Below are positions 38,483 to 48,017 of a stretch of 64,000 nt of DNA, piece after piece. Below the pieces are notes generated by a model. It was not told the DNA's origin and did not search any database. It saw nothing but the letters and a program-made list of their open reading frames with translations. Within the stretch, counting starts at the first letter, position 1, and the number at the start of each line of letters is the position of its first letter. Position numbers and translations under genes: made by a program. The stretch comes from Candidatus Uhrbacteria bacterium CG_4_9_14_3_um_filter_50_9 (GTDB lineage Bacteria; Patescibacteriota; Patescibacteriia; UBA9934; GWF2-40-263), in the NCBI GenBank assembly GCA_002791295.1, contig PFWU01000049.1, positions 47,350 to 111,349 of the forward strand, written 5' to 3'.

Positions 38483-41400
38483 ATGTCCAAATTTGTTCAC
38501 CTCCACACCCATTCGCACTACTCCCTTCTTGAAGCTCTTCCAAAGGTGAAGGACCTGTTGAAACATATAAAGGGAATGGGAATGGATGCGGTTGCCATGA
38601 CGGACAACGGCACCCTGTACGGCATCATTGAGTTTTACCAGAAGGCCATGGACGCCGAGGTGAAACCGATTATTGGTTGCGATATGTATGTGGCGCGTGA
38701 GAGTCGGCACATGAAACGTGCGCACATTGATACGCGACCACACAGGCTTGTCTTACTTGCTGAGAATAATGAGGGGTACGCCAATCTTCTGAAACTTTCA
38801 TCGATTGGGTTTCTGGAAGGATTTTATTACAAGCCACGTATCGATAAGGAACTTCTTCGTGAATACCGTAAAGGACTGATCGCACTTTCAGGTGGGTATC
38901 TTGGGGAGATTGATGAGTATCTCAAACTTGATAAGCAGGAGGAGGCCGAGACGGCCATCAAAGAGTACGTGGATCTTTTTGGAGAAGAAAATTTCTTTTT
39001 GGAGCTTGTTGATCGTCCTGAGATTGCCGAGCAGGAGGCGACTAACGCAAAACTGATCACACTTGGAAAAAAACTTGGGGTGCCTGTTGTGGCGACAAAG
39101 AACACCTTTTATTTAAAGCCACAGGATGTGGAGGCTTGGAAGATTTTAAATTGCATCAAGGGAGGAAAGACCCTTGAGCATTTCGATCGCATTAATCAGT
39201 TTGAGTATGACGCATCCATGGTGAGTGGTGAGTACATGGAGGAACGATTTAAGGATGTTCCGGAGGCGATTGAAAACACACGCAAGATTGCTGATCGCTG
39301 CCACGTTGAGTTAACACTCGGAGCGTGGAATTTCCCGAAGTTTGTGATTCCAGAAGGGAAGTCATTTTTGGAAGTTCTGACAGAGCAGGCGTTTGCTAAA
39401 CTTCAGGAACTGCGCGCGGGTCGAGAGCTGACTCAAGAAGAAGTTGACCGTCTCAATTACGAACTCGATATCATTGAGCAAAAGGGATTCTGTCCATACT
39501 TTCTTATCGTGGCTGATTTTATTTCGTGGGCACGCACAAACGGAGTCATGACCACCACACGTGGTTCAGCGGCAGGGTCTCTTGTGGGGTTTTCCATTGG
39601 CATTTCAACGATTGATCCGCTGTTATACGAGTTGCCGTTTGAACGCTTTTTAAATCCACAGCGTCCGTCAGCCCCGGATGTGGATGCCGATTTTGCGGAT
39701 AACCGCCGTGACGAGGTGTTGGATTATGTGCGTGAAAAGTACGGTCACGAACAGGTGGCACAGATTTGTACCTTTGGAACCATGCTTGCGAGAGGGTCTG
39801 TACGCGATGTGGGGCGTGCGCTCGGATTTGAATACGGCATGATCGACGAGATCGCCAAGCTCGTGCCAATGGGAAGTCAGGGATTTCCTATGACCCTTGA
39901 ACGTGCTCTTGAGGAAGCCCCAGACTTGAGGCGTAAGTACGACACAGATGCGAACGTGCGGCGCGTGATTGATCTTGCGCAGCGCATTGAAGGCTGTGGT
40001 CGACATGTCTCCATCCATGCGGCAGGAACAGTGATTTCACCGACGGCTCTGACAGACTTTACGCCACTGCAGATTGATACTCGTGAGGGTAAGGTGATTA
40101 CTCAGTACGAGATGAAGTCCGTGGAATCTGCTGGGCTTGTGAAGATGGATTTTCTCGGGATTCGCAACCTCTCCATTCTTGGAGATGCCGTTCATCTTGT
40201 AAAGAAGACAAAAGATGTTGATATTGTCGTCGAAGAGATTCCTGTTGGAGACGAGAAGACGTTTAAGCTCTTAGCCGCGGGTCATACCATGGGAGTCTTC
40301 CAACTTTCAGGAGATGGCATGACGAAGTATTTAATGGACCTGAGGCCTGAGCGTGTTGAGGATATTATGGCCATGGTGGCACTCTATCGTCCGGGGCCAA
40401 TGGAAGTGATTCCAGAGTATATCGATCGCAAGGATCATCCGGAGAAGGTGAAGTATCTTGATCCCCGTATGAAGGAGTTTTTGCAGAAATCTTACGGGCT
40501 TTTGGTGTATCAAGATGACGTGATGCTTACCGCGATTTACCTCGCAGGATACTCCTGGCTTGAAGCGGATAAACTTCGAAAGGCCATGGGAAAGAAAATT
40601 CCCGAGGAAATGGCAAAGCAGAAAATTAAGCTGCTTGACGGCTTTGTGGAGCATGGTTTGAGTGAAAAGATGGCGCAGAAACTTTGGAAGCTCATCGAGC
40701 CATTTGCGGCGTACGGATTTAACAAAGCGCATGCAGCGAGTTACGGCATGGTGGCCTATCAGACGGCCTACATGAAGGCGAATTTTCCAGCCGAGTACAT
40801 GACGGCACTCATGACGGCTGAATCTGCCGACCTTGAGAAGATTGCGGAGGCCGTGAGTGAGTGCGAGCGCATGGGGATCGAAGTCCTGTCACCAGACATT
40901 AACGAGTCACTCAAGGATTTTACCTACATCAACGATACACAGATTCGTTTTGGACTGCTTGTGATCAAGAACTTGGGGGAGGAGGTGATTGAGTCGATTA
41001 TTCAGGAGAGAAAAGCGCAGGGTGTGTTTAAGGATTTAGCTGATTTTGCTGGACGCGTGTCCCATAGGGCCTTTAACAAAAAATCACTTGAGGCACTCAT
41101 CAAGGTTGGGGCATTGGATCGGTTTGGAGAACGCAAGCAGCTCCTTGTGAATTTAGACCGGCTTTTGATGTACAACAAGAATAGTCAGAAAGAGAAATCA
41201 TCAAATCAACAAAACCTCTTTGCTAGGGCTCCCCAAGTGATGGACAAAGCCATTTCACTTCGCCCTACTGAGAAAGCAAGCACACAGGAACTTTTGAGTT
41301 GGGAGAAGGAGCTCTTAGGGCTGTATGTGTCTGCACATCCGTTTGATGAAGTGGTGCCTGTGCTTGGGGAGTATCTGGTGTCGTGTGTCGATGTTCCTAG

Positions 41401-41998
41401 TCTTCCAGAGGGGAAGTTTGTGCGCTGTGGAGGAGTGGTGACGTTTTTGAAAGAGATTATCACCAAGAAGGGAGATCCAATGGCGTTTTTGGGGATTGAA
41501 GATGACACAGGAAAGCAGGAAGTGATTGTGTTTCCACGCGTCTATGTGCAAGCAAAGGAATATCTTGAGGAAGGGAAGGTGGTGTTGGTTTCTGCGAAAG
41601 TCTCTAAGAGAGAGGGAGAAGAGGCGAAGCTGCTCGCAAATAGTTTTATTGTGATTGGAGAGGGTGAGTTGCCCGATATTACCGGGATGCTTAGAGAGGG
41701 ACATTGGATTGCGCAGGAAGATCGACATTACAAGCCGATACATGAGGCTGTGGAAGAACCAAAGATCACTCCTCGGGGAGGGCTTTCTATTGCACTCAAA
41801 GGCAAGCCGACTCCAGAGATGGTTGAACAACTACGTGCTATTCTTCGATCAGCTCCAGGACCCAAGCCTGTTTGTCTCATGGTTGAGTCTGGTGGAAGGA
41901 TGCGGCGAATTGAAACCGATTACTCCGTCAATGCGTCAGAGGCAATGGTCGATGCTATTGCACAGCTTGTGGGTCGACAGAATGTCGTTTTAGAGTAA
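38483..41998 (+). CDS. dnaE: DNA polymerase III alpha subunit
   Basis: PHP domain HLHTHSHYS, RGSAAGS, PDVDADF, YGFNKAH, OB domain. Confidence 0.98.
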   Translation: MSKFVHLHTHSHYSLLEALPKVKDLLKHIKGMGMDAVAMTDNGTLYGIIEFYQKAMDAEVKPIIGCDMYVARESRHMKRAHIDTRPHRLVLLAENNEGYANLLKLSSIGFLEGFYYKPRIDKELLREYRKGLIALSGGYLGEIDEYLKLDKQEEAETAIKEYVDLFGEENFFLELVDRPEIAEQEATNAKLITLGKKLGVPVVATKNTFYLKPQDVEAWKILNCIKGGKTLEHFDRINQFEYDASMVSGEYMEERFKDVPEAIENTRKIADRCHVELTLGAWNFPKFVIPEGKSFLEVLTEQAFAKLQELRAGRELTQEEVDRLNYELDIIEQKGFCPYFLIVADFISWARTNGVMTTTRGSAAGSLVGFSIGISTIDPLLYELPFERFLNPQRPSAPDVDADFADNRRDEVLDYVREKYGHEQVAQICTFGTMLARGSVRDVGRALGFEYGMIDEIAKLVPMGSQGFPMTLERALEEAPDLRRKYDTDANVRRVIDLAQRIEGCGRHVSIHAAGTVISPTALTDFTPLQIDTREGKVITQYEMKSVESAGLVKMDFLGIRNLSILGDAVHLVKKTKDVDIVVEEIPVGDEKTFKLLAAGHTMGVFQLSGDGMTKYLMDLRPERVEDIMAMVALYRPGPMEVIPEYIDRKDHPEKVKYLDPRMKEFLQKSYGLLVYQDDVMLTAIYLAGYSWLEADKLRKAMGKKIPEEMAKQKIKLLDGFVEHGLSEKMAQKLWKLIEPFAAYGFNKAHAASYGMVAYQTAYMKANFPAEYMTALMTAESADLEKIAEAVSECERMGIEVLSPDINESLKDFTYINDTQIRFGLLVIKNLGEEVIESIIQERKAQGVFKDLADFAGRVSHRAFNKKSLEALIKVGALDRFGERKQLLVNLDRLLMYNKNSQKEKSSNQQNLFARAPQVMDKAISLRPTEKASTQELLSWEKELLGLYVSAHPFDEVVPVLGEYLVSCVDVPSLPEGKFVRCGGVVTFLKEIITKKGDPMAFLGIEDDTGKQEVIVFPRVYVQAKEYLEEGKVVLVSAKVSKREGEEAKLLANSFIVIGEGELPDITGMLREGHWIAQEDRHYKPIHEAVEEPKITPRGGLSIALKGKPTPEMVEQLRAILRSAPGPKPVCLMVESGGRMRRIETDYSVNASEAMVDAIAQLVGRQNVVLE

Positions 41999-42033
41999 GT
42001 TTTGGTGTATACTGGAATTAATTAGGAGGAACT

Positions 42034-43269
42034 ATGCCCACACCAAAGAAAAAAACAACCACCAAAAAACGCGTGGCGGTAAAAAAGTCATCCGCTTCGA
42101 TTAAAAAGGTGCCGGTGAACAAGCAAGTGGTTGAAGCACCCGAGTATCAATCATCAGCCGTACCACTTGTGATGTATAAGCGTATTGCGCTTACCTTTGT
42201 GGTGATTGTGGCGTTTGCGCTTATCAGTGTGTTGTACCTCGCGACCATGCAGGCTGTGATTTATGTGGATGCCACTCAGACAGAGCACGCAGCTGAATTT
42301 ATTGTGACAGCGGTTGAAACGCCAACAAGTGAGACACAGATTCCAGCAGAACTTGTTTCTGGAACTCTTGGCAAAACGAAGACGTTTGAAGCGTCTGGTG
42401 AAGGAGCTATTGAACAGGTGGGTGTGGCAACAGGAACTGTGACGCTCCATAACAACATGAGCACGTCTCAGCCTCTTGTTGAGACCACACGACTTCTTAC
42501 CCCTGAGGGGGTGTTGTTCCGTCTCGCAGAGCAGGTCACGGTGCCAGCAAGTGGAACAGTGACCGCAAGTGTGTATGCGGATGAAGAAGGATCGAGTGGG
42601 GATATTGGTCCATCCACATTCACGATTCCTGGTTTGTCTTCTGCGAAACAGGAGCTTATTTATGCGGAAAGCTCGGAAGCGTTTACAGGGGGAGTCGTCA
42701 TGGTGTCGGTTGTAACACAGGAAGAATTAGATGCAGCGGTGACGGAGCTTACGAATGAGCTGCTTGAAGACGCAAAAGTGATGCTGCGTGATGAAGCTGC
42801 CGGTGAATACGGTGGAGAGATTTTTAAGACAAACGTGAGTGAGCGCGCATTCAGCATTGAACCCAATACCCAAGCTGATGCGTTTGAGGTTACGGTCAGT
42901 GTTGAGACATTGGCTGTGTTTTATAACAGTGGATCCCTCGAACAGCTCGCTCTCATCAAACTCTATGAGGGACTTGGGCAAGGTCAGGAGTTTACGCATA
43001 TTGCGACCGATGAACTTCAAGTAACCCTAGAGGCGTTTAATGAGGAAACCGGGCAAGCGTCTTTACGTGCCACACTGACAGGACGAGCCATTACATCTCG
43101 TGCGAGTGATCGTTTAGATGTTGGGCGCTTTGTTGGGATGACCGGAGAGGAGGTCAAGACGCTTTTGCTGGGGGAAGGAGTCGCTGAGGCTGTGCGTGTC
43201 GAGTTCTTTCCGTTCTGGGTCAGAACTGTACCGCAATTGAAGGATCATATTTATATCGAAATTGAATAA
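42034..43269 (+). CDS. CPR baseplate-J/gp47-like membrane-anchored protein
   Basis: Basic N-terminus, one TM, ATGTVTLHN...QPLVETTRL...GVLFRL...FTIPGL. Confidence 0.65.
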   Translation: MPTPKKKTTTKKRVAVKKSSASIKKVPVNKQVVEAPEYQSSAVPLVMYKRIALTFVVIVAFALISVLYLATMQAVIYVDATQTEHAAEFIVTAVETPTSETQIPAELVSGTLGKTKTFEASGEGAIEQVGVATGTVTLHNNMSTSQPLVETTRLLTPEGVLFRLAEQVTVPASGTVTASVYADEEGSSGDIGPSTFTIPGLSSAKQELIYAESSEAFTGGVVMVSVVTQEELDAAVTELTNELLEDAKVMLRDEAAGEYGGEIFKTNVSERAFSIEPNTQADAFEVTVSVETLAVFYNSGSLEQLALIKLYEGLGQGQEFTHIATDELQVTLEAFNEETGQASLRATLTGRAITSRASDRLDVGRFVGMTGEEVKTLLLGEGVAEAVRVEFFPFWVRTVPQLKDHIYIEIE

Positions 43270-43305
43270 CTTGACGCCCCGTGAAAGCGGGGCTATTGTT
43301 TTACT

Positions 43306-43540
43306 ATCGCAGTGAAGAAAGACATGTGTGCCTGTGGTGCCGTACAGAGACAGGGGTCGTGGCTGAGAGCCCCTGCGGATCGATCAGATACATACCACTT
43401 TTTGAGCGACCAGGCCCTGGAGGGCATTAATTGAGTGGCCAGGTGGGCGAGACAGCTTACTGGCAATTCGGGTGGAAACGTCCGCTGAGCTTTTAAAAGC
43501 GAAGTGGATCCCGAGACTTCACGTGTTCGTGAGGTTTTTT
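43306..43540 (+). promoter_or_regulatory. Thr T-box riboswitch leader of thrS
   Basis: Promoter TTGACG-N17-TATTGT; AGAGA and GCTGAGA stem I motifs; ACC specifier at 43394-43396; antiterminator TCGGG-TGGAAAC-GTCCGCT...AGTGGAT-CCCGA; terminator with U tract. Confidence 0.85.
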
Positions 43541-43571
43541 GTTTAATGGGAACAGTCCCCTAACTAACAGT

Positions 43572-45368
43572 ATGGATCAAGACAAATTGCATGCCATGAG
43601 GCATACGGCCGCACACGTGCTCGCCGCAGCTGCTGAGCGTCTTTACCCGGGAGTTAAGCTAGGTGTTGGACCAGTTATTGATAACGGGTTCTTTTACGAC
43701 ATGCTCTTTCCAGAGCCTATTTCTGATGAGGTACTGAGAAAGCTTGAAAAAGAGATGCACAAGATCGTTAAGGAGGGGCACCAGATGGAGCGCGAGGAGA
43801 TGAAGATTGATGACGCTATTCAATTCTTTCGTGACAAAGGGCAGGAGTTCAAAGTTGAGCTTCTAAGTGATCTAAAAGAAAAAGGCACTACGAAGATCAA
43901 CCCAGAGGAAGCGCAGGATATTGATGTGGAGAATCGAGACATTGCCTCAATCTATAAGACGGGGGATTTTGTCGATCTTTGTCGGGGGCCACACGTTGCT
44001 AATGTGAGAGAGGTTGGAGCGTTTAAACTTTGGAAGCTTGCGGGGGCGTACTGGCGGGGGAGTGAGGAGAATGCGCAGCTTCAACGTGTCTATGGGCTGT
44101 GTTTCGAAACCCAAGACGAGCTCGATCAACATCTTGTCATGTTGGAAGAAGCAAAGAAGCGTGACCATCGTAAGCTTGGTAAAGAATTGGATCTCTTTGT
44201 GTTTTCTGATCTTGTGGGGCCAGGGCTCCCGCTGTGGACCCCAAAGGGGACGGTGCTCCGTAACAAGCTTGATGAGTTTGTTTGGAAGTTGCGTGAAGCA
44301 CGGGGGTATCAAAAAGTTGAGATTCCGCATATCACAAAGAAAGAGCTGTACGAAACCAGCGGGCACTGGGAGAAGTTTAAGGATGATTTGTTTAAGATTG
44401 AGACGCGTGAAGGACATGTGTTTGCCATGAAGCCAATGAATTGTCCGCACCACACACAGATTTTTGATCGCAAGCAACATAGTTACCGTGAGATGCCACA
44501 GCGATTTGCGAATACCACCATGGTGTATCGTGACGAGCAAACAGGAGAACTCCATGGACTCTCACGTGTGCGTTCAATTACACAGGATGATGCGCATGTT
44601 TTTTGCCGTCATGCACAGGTGAAAGAGGAGATGCTGAAGATTTGGGATATTATTGAGATCTTTTACAAAGGGTGCGGATTCCCGGAGTTGCGTGTACGCC
44701 TATCGCTCCATGATCCAAAACATCCGGAGAATTATCTTGGAACCCCAGAGATTTGGCAGGACGCAGAGAATGCGCTTCGTGAACTCGTGAACGCGCGGGG
44801 GGTGGAGGCAAAGGAAGAATTGGGCGAGGCAGCATTTTACGGGCCAAAGATTGATTTTGTGACACAGGATTCCATAGGTCGAGAGTGGCAGGTAGCGACC
44901 ATTCAACTCGACATGAACATGCCAGAGCGGTTTAATCTGTTTTGTATCAACGAAGATGGGGAGCAAGAGCGCATTGTGATGATTCATGCGGCCATCATGG
45001 GGGCCATCGAACGGTTCCTCTCAAACTTGATTGAACACACGGCTGGCGTCTTTCCATTTTGGATGGCGCCCGTACAGATTCGTTTAGCAACTGTGAGTCA
45101 GGATTTTGTTCCGTTTGCTGAGGGGCTCAGCGTACAGCTTGCTCAGGCGGGGATCCGTGTGGAGCTTGATCGTTCAGACGAGAAGGTTGGGAAGAAGATT
45201 CGTGAGGCAGCCACGCAGAAGATTCCATGGATCATTGTCATCGGGAGTCAGGAAGCTGAGGGAGGGGATTATAAAGTGAATGTGTTTGGCCAGGAAGAGG
45301 ATCTTGTCATTCCTGCGGCTGAGCTTATACAGATGGTTCAGGACATGTCAGAACTTCCTCTTGAATAG
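43572..45368 (+). CDS. thrS: Threonyl-tRNA synthetase
   Basis: RHTAAH, DLCRGPH, RDHRKLG, KPMNCPHH, AFYGPKID. Confidence 0.98.
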   Translation: MDQDKLHAMRHTAAHVLAAAAERLYPGVKLGVGPVIDNGFFYDMLFPEPISDEVLRKLEKEMHKIVKEGHQMEREEMKIDDAIQFFRDKGQEFKVELLSDLKEKGTTKINPEEAQDIDVENRDIASIYKTGDFVDLCRGPHVANVREVGAFKLWKLAGAYWRGSEENAQLQRVYGLCFETQDELDQHLVMLEEAKKRDHRKLGKELDLFVFSDLVGPGLPLWTPKGTVLRNKLDEFVWKLREARGYQKVEIPHITKKELYETSGHWEKFKDDLFKIETREGHVFAMKPMNCPHHTQIFDRKQHSYREMPQRFANTTMVYRDEQTGELHGLSRVRSITQDDAHVFCRHAQVKEEMLKIWDIIEIFYKGCGFPELRVRLSLHDPKHPENYLGTPEIWQDAENALRELVNARGVEAKEELGEAAFYGPKIDFVTQDSIGREWQVATIQLDMNMPERFNLFCINEDGEQERIVMIHAAIMGAIERFLSNLIEHTAGVFPFWMAPVQIRLATVSQDFVPFAEGLSVQLAQAGIRVELDRSDEKVGKKIREAATQKIPWIIVIGSQEAEGGDYKVNVFGQEEDLVIPAAELIQMVQDMSELPLE

Positions 45369-45373
45369 CGAGA

Positions 45374-45417
45374 GAAACAAAAAAACACACCCCTTGCGGG
45401 GCGTGTTTTTTTGTTTC
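45374..45417. terminator. Bidirectional terminator
   Basis: A-tract, CACACCCC-ttgc-GGGGCGTG, T-tract between convergent genes. Confidence 0.75.
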
Positions 45418-47304
45418 CTATAAGTTTCCAGCCATCTTTACGCTAATTCCAGATTTCTGGATTTTTTCCCGTTGTTCCTGGAGTCGTTGTTTCATACGCT
45501 CAGGGACGGCAACACTGCCAGCCACCTTTTGCATGTAGGCCTCTTCGAGAGCCTTCATTCCTTTTTTCATTTCTGACTTTCCGCCAAACATACGCTTGAA
45601 GAATCCGCTTTCTGAGCTCTTCTTCTGAGCAACGAATGTGGTCCAGCTATTTGGAAGACCATAGGTATCCATCTGTTGACCTTCGGCTTTGATCACACCC
45701 TTTACGGTTTCGTAGACGAGTTTCATCTTAGCAAAATCGGAGGCTTCCATTCCAACTTCAGCTGCGGCAGCTGCCATTTCAGCGGAATTAGCTGGAGACT
45801 CTTCGATAAAGAATTCTTCATCGAGAGATTCAATGTTTTCTTCCGGAATTTCTCCGAGGACTGGTTCGCCACCGATGACTGTAGCCTCGCCCTCTTCGTT
45901 CGTTTCAATAAGCTCAGAATATTCAACTTTTCCAGTTTCAATATCCTTGCTCAGGGCTTCAAATGCTTTCTTTGCAAGATCGCTTGGACCAACTTCTGCC
46001 ATGCGTCCAAACATGTTCATCATGCTCTCTGCACGCTTCTTTAATCCAAGGGATTGGTACATTCCACGAAACTTCTTATAAAGTGCTGTTGTTCGTGGGT
46101 CAAAATCCTTTACAGCTTCACGTGGAGCAACACCTGCTGCTTCCATGCCGCTACGGATCTCTTCGAGTTCTGCTTTTTCTTCTTCGAGAAGTTTGTATTC
46201 AGCTTGTGCTTCACTACCCCCCTTACGTTCATCGATTTCACGCATGCGTGCTTCGATTTCCTTGAGACGTGCGGTGTCCTTCATCCAAGGGAGAACAGCG
46301 GCAAGCTTGTTGCGTGCGGCTTCAAGGACGCTCCATTTTACTGTTGGTTCATCCTCGGTAGACATCAGTTCCTGACGCTCAGCATTGAGCTTGGCGTAGT
46401 TTGCTTCTGCTGTCTTACCACCTTTTCCTGCGTCAATATCACGCATCTGAGTCTCGATTTCTTTAATGCGTCCCATGCGCTCAGCACTTGCTTCAGAAGA
46501 AAGAGCATCCATCTGCTCCTGCAAGGAAGCAACTTCAGCCTCCATGTCTCCCAAACTCTTGTTTGAAGTTTCAATACCAACCATTCCCTGAACACGTTCA
46601 GCAATTGCTTCAGCCGTTGCTGTTGGATCCATGGATTTATGCAGCTCAGTCATCTGAGCTTCAACACCGTACACTTCTGCAACAGCGTCATTGTACGCTT
46701 TAATGTTTGCTGCCGATTCGTTCTTTTTCACAGCGGCATAGGCTGCTTCTGCAGTCATCTTCGTGTCTCGGTGTTTTGTTCCTAAATCTGCTAAGTCTTG
46801 GCGTTCTTTGTCGGTAACACCTGACTCTGCCTTAAGAGCCGTCACAAGGGCTGCTTCTGGGCTTTCTTCACCCATGGCAGCAGCAACCATGTCGATCTTG
46901 CGATCACTCATGGATGCGAGCCAAGCATCACGTTCAGCTCCATCAAGGCCTTTTACTTCTGCAACGGATTTAAGAGCCTCATCATAAACATCAAGCATCC
47001 GGTCCATGGCGTCAGCGGCTTTTTCACGCGCTGGCATTTCAAGTTCTGGCATCACAATAGCAACAGGGCCTTCTTCACCCTTTGCATAGGTTGCCTGTTG
47101 GTCAAGGCCTGCAATTTCGACCTTACCAGCTCCATGGAGCTCCATTTTGCCTCCACCAGGGAGACGGAGTTCAAAGACCTCACCACGGGACATTCCTTCA
47201 GCTTGTGCTTCAGGAGCCTCCTGCGCACCCATGTCTGGGCGCTCGACCTGCGATTCAGCCCCTTCTGGTGTTGAACGCTTTTCAGCGGCATTTGATCGTG
47301 CCAT
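45418..47304 (-). CDS. Hypothetical Met/Glu/Ala-rich coiled-coil protein
   Basis: About 628 aa, no TM; internal repeat of about 36 aa; TTGACA/TAAAAT promoter at 47340-47368. Confidence 0.75.
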   Translation of the reverse strand: MARSNAAEKRSTPEGAESQVERPDMGAQEAPEAQAEGMSRGEVFELRLPGGGKMELHGAGKVEIAGLDQQATYAKGEEGPVAIVMPELEMPAREKAADAMDRMLDVYDEALKSVAEVKGLDGAERDAWLASMSDRKIDMVAAAMGEESPEAALVTALKAESGVTDKERQDLADLGTKHRDTKMTAEAAYAAVKKNESAANIKAYNDAVAEVYGVEAQMTELHKSMDPTATAEAIAERVQGMVGIETSNKSLGDMEAEVASLQEQMDALSSEASAERMGRIKEIETQMRDIDAGKGGKTAEANYAKLNAERQELMSTEDEPTVKWSVLEAARNKLAAVLPWMKDTARLKEIEARMREIDERKGGSEAQAEYKLLEEEKAELEEIRSGMEAAGVAPREAVKDFDPRTTALYKKFRGMYQSLGLKKRAESMMNMFGRMAEVGPSDLAKKAFEALSKDIETGKVEYSELIETNEEGEATVIGGEPVLGEIPEENIESLDEEFFIEESPANSAEMAAAAAEVGMEASDFAKMKLVYETVKGVIKAEGQQMDTYGLPNSWTTFVAQKKSSESGFFKRMFGGKSEMKKGMKALEEAYMQKVAGSVAVPERMKQRLQEQREKIQKSGISVKMAGNL

Positions 47305-47428
47305 AGAAATTGTACTGTTATTAGATGAATTCACACGAAATTTTAGCAGAAAAATTGTGATTTGTCAATTCACACCTTGACAAAAACCCTTATTTTACTT
47401 ACTGTTTTTTGTCCACAAGGAGGATCGA

Positions 47429-47836
47429 ATGGCTATCATCAGCCTTTCCGCCCGAGACGGGCGTATCGGTGAGGTCTGTCGACAGGCCCTGCCCAGAACC
47501 CCGCGAGTTGCCGAGTACCTCACCCGGCGCCTTGAGGCACTGGGTGGAAGTGAACGTGTGGCCAATCTGATCTTGGCCCGCCTCCCGACAGGTGCCCACG
47601 TCGACAGCGAGGTGATCACTCGCTTGTGTGTCGACAATGACCTCGACGCAATGAAGCGGCTCATGGACTGGTATGGGGACACCCTCGATACCTCCATGAC
47701 GGCCCTCAGCCTTCAGCTCCATGCGAGCCTGGGGGGCGTGGCGAGCGATCGGATCACCGAGTTCATCCGCGTGTACGTCTGCACGCGAAGCATGCTCAGC
47801 GGGGTCGAGTTCGACCCGCGGGCGATCGCGGCCTGA
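47429..47836 (+). CDS. Hypothetical protein (GC-rich orphan)
   Basis: TTGACA-N17-TACTGT promoter at 47377-47405, AGGAGG SD, terminator at about 47851-47875. Confidence 0.7.
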   Translation: MAIISLSARDGRIGEVCRQALPRTPRVAEYLTRRLEALGGSERVANLILARLPTGAHVDSEVITRLCVDNDLDAMKRLMDWYGDTLDTSMTALSLQLHASLGGVASDRITEFIRVYVCTRSMLSGVEFDPRAIAA

Positions 47837-48017
47837 CGACGGTACAACAAACCGACTCATACGGAGTCGGTTTTCGAATTTCATAAAGGGGAAAGCTTCG
47901 GTAAACGAACTTATGAGATCGGCTGGATTCTCATTGAGCCGACTCAACGTTGTTTGCCTCAGTTTCCTGACTCTCGTTATTGAGCTTCTCATCATTTCCT
48001 GTTACGCTCTGCCCGTT

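Noticed and set aside
42034-43269. Prophage suggested by the baseplate-J-like protein
   Set aside because: It is a single TM-anchored gene between dnaE and thrS with no other phage genes.
47721-48017. N-terminal extension of MiaB
   Set aside because: It crosses the upstream gene and its terminator; MiaB homology begins at ATG 48018.
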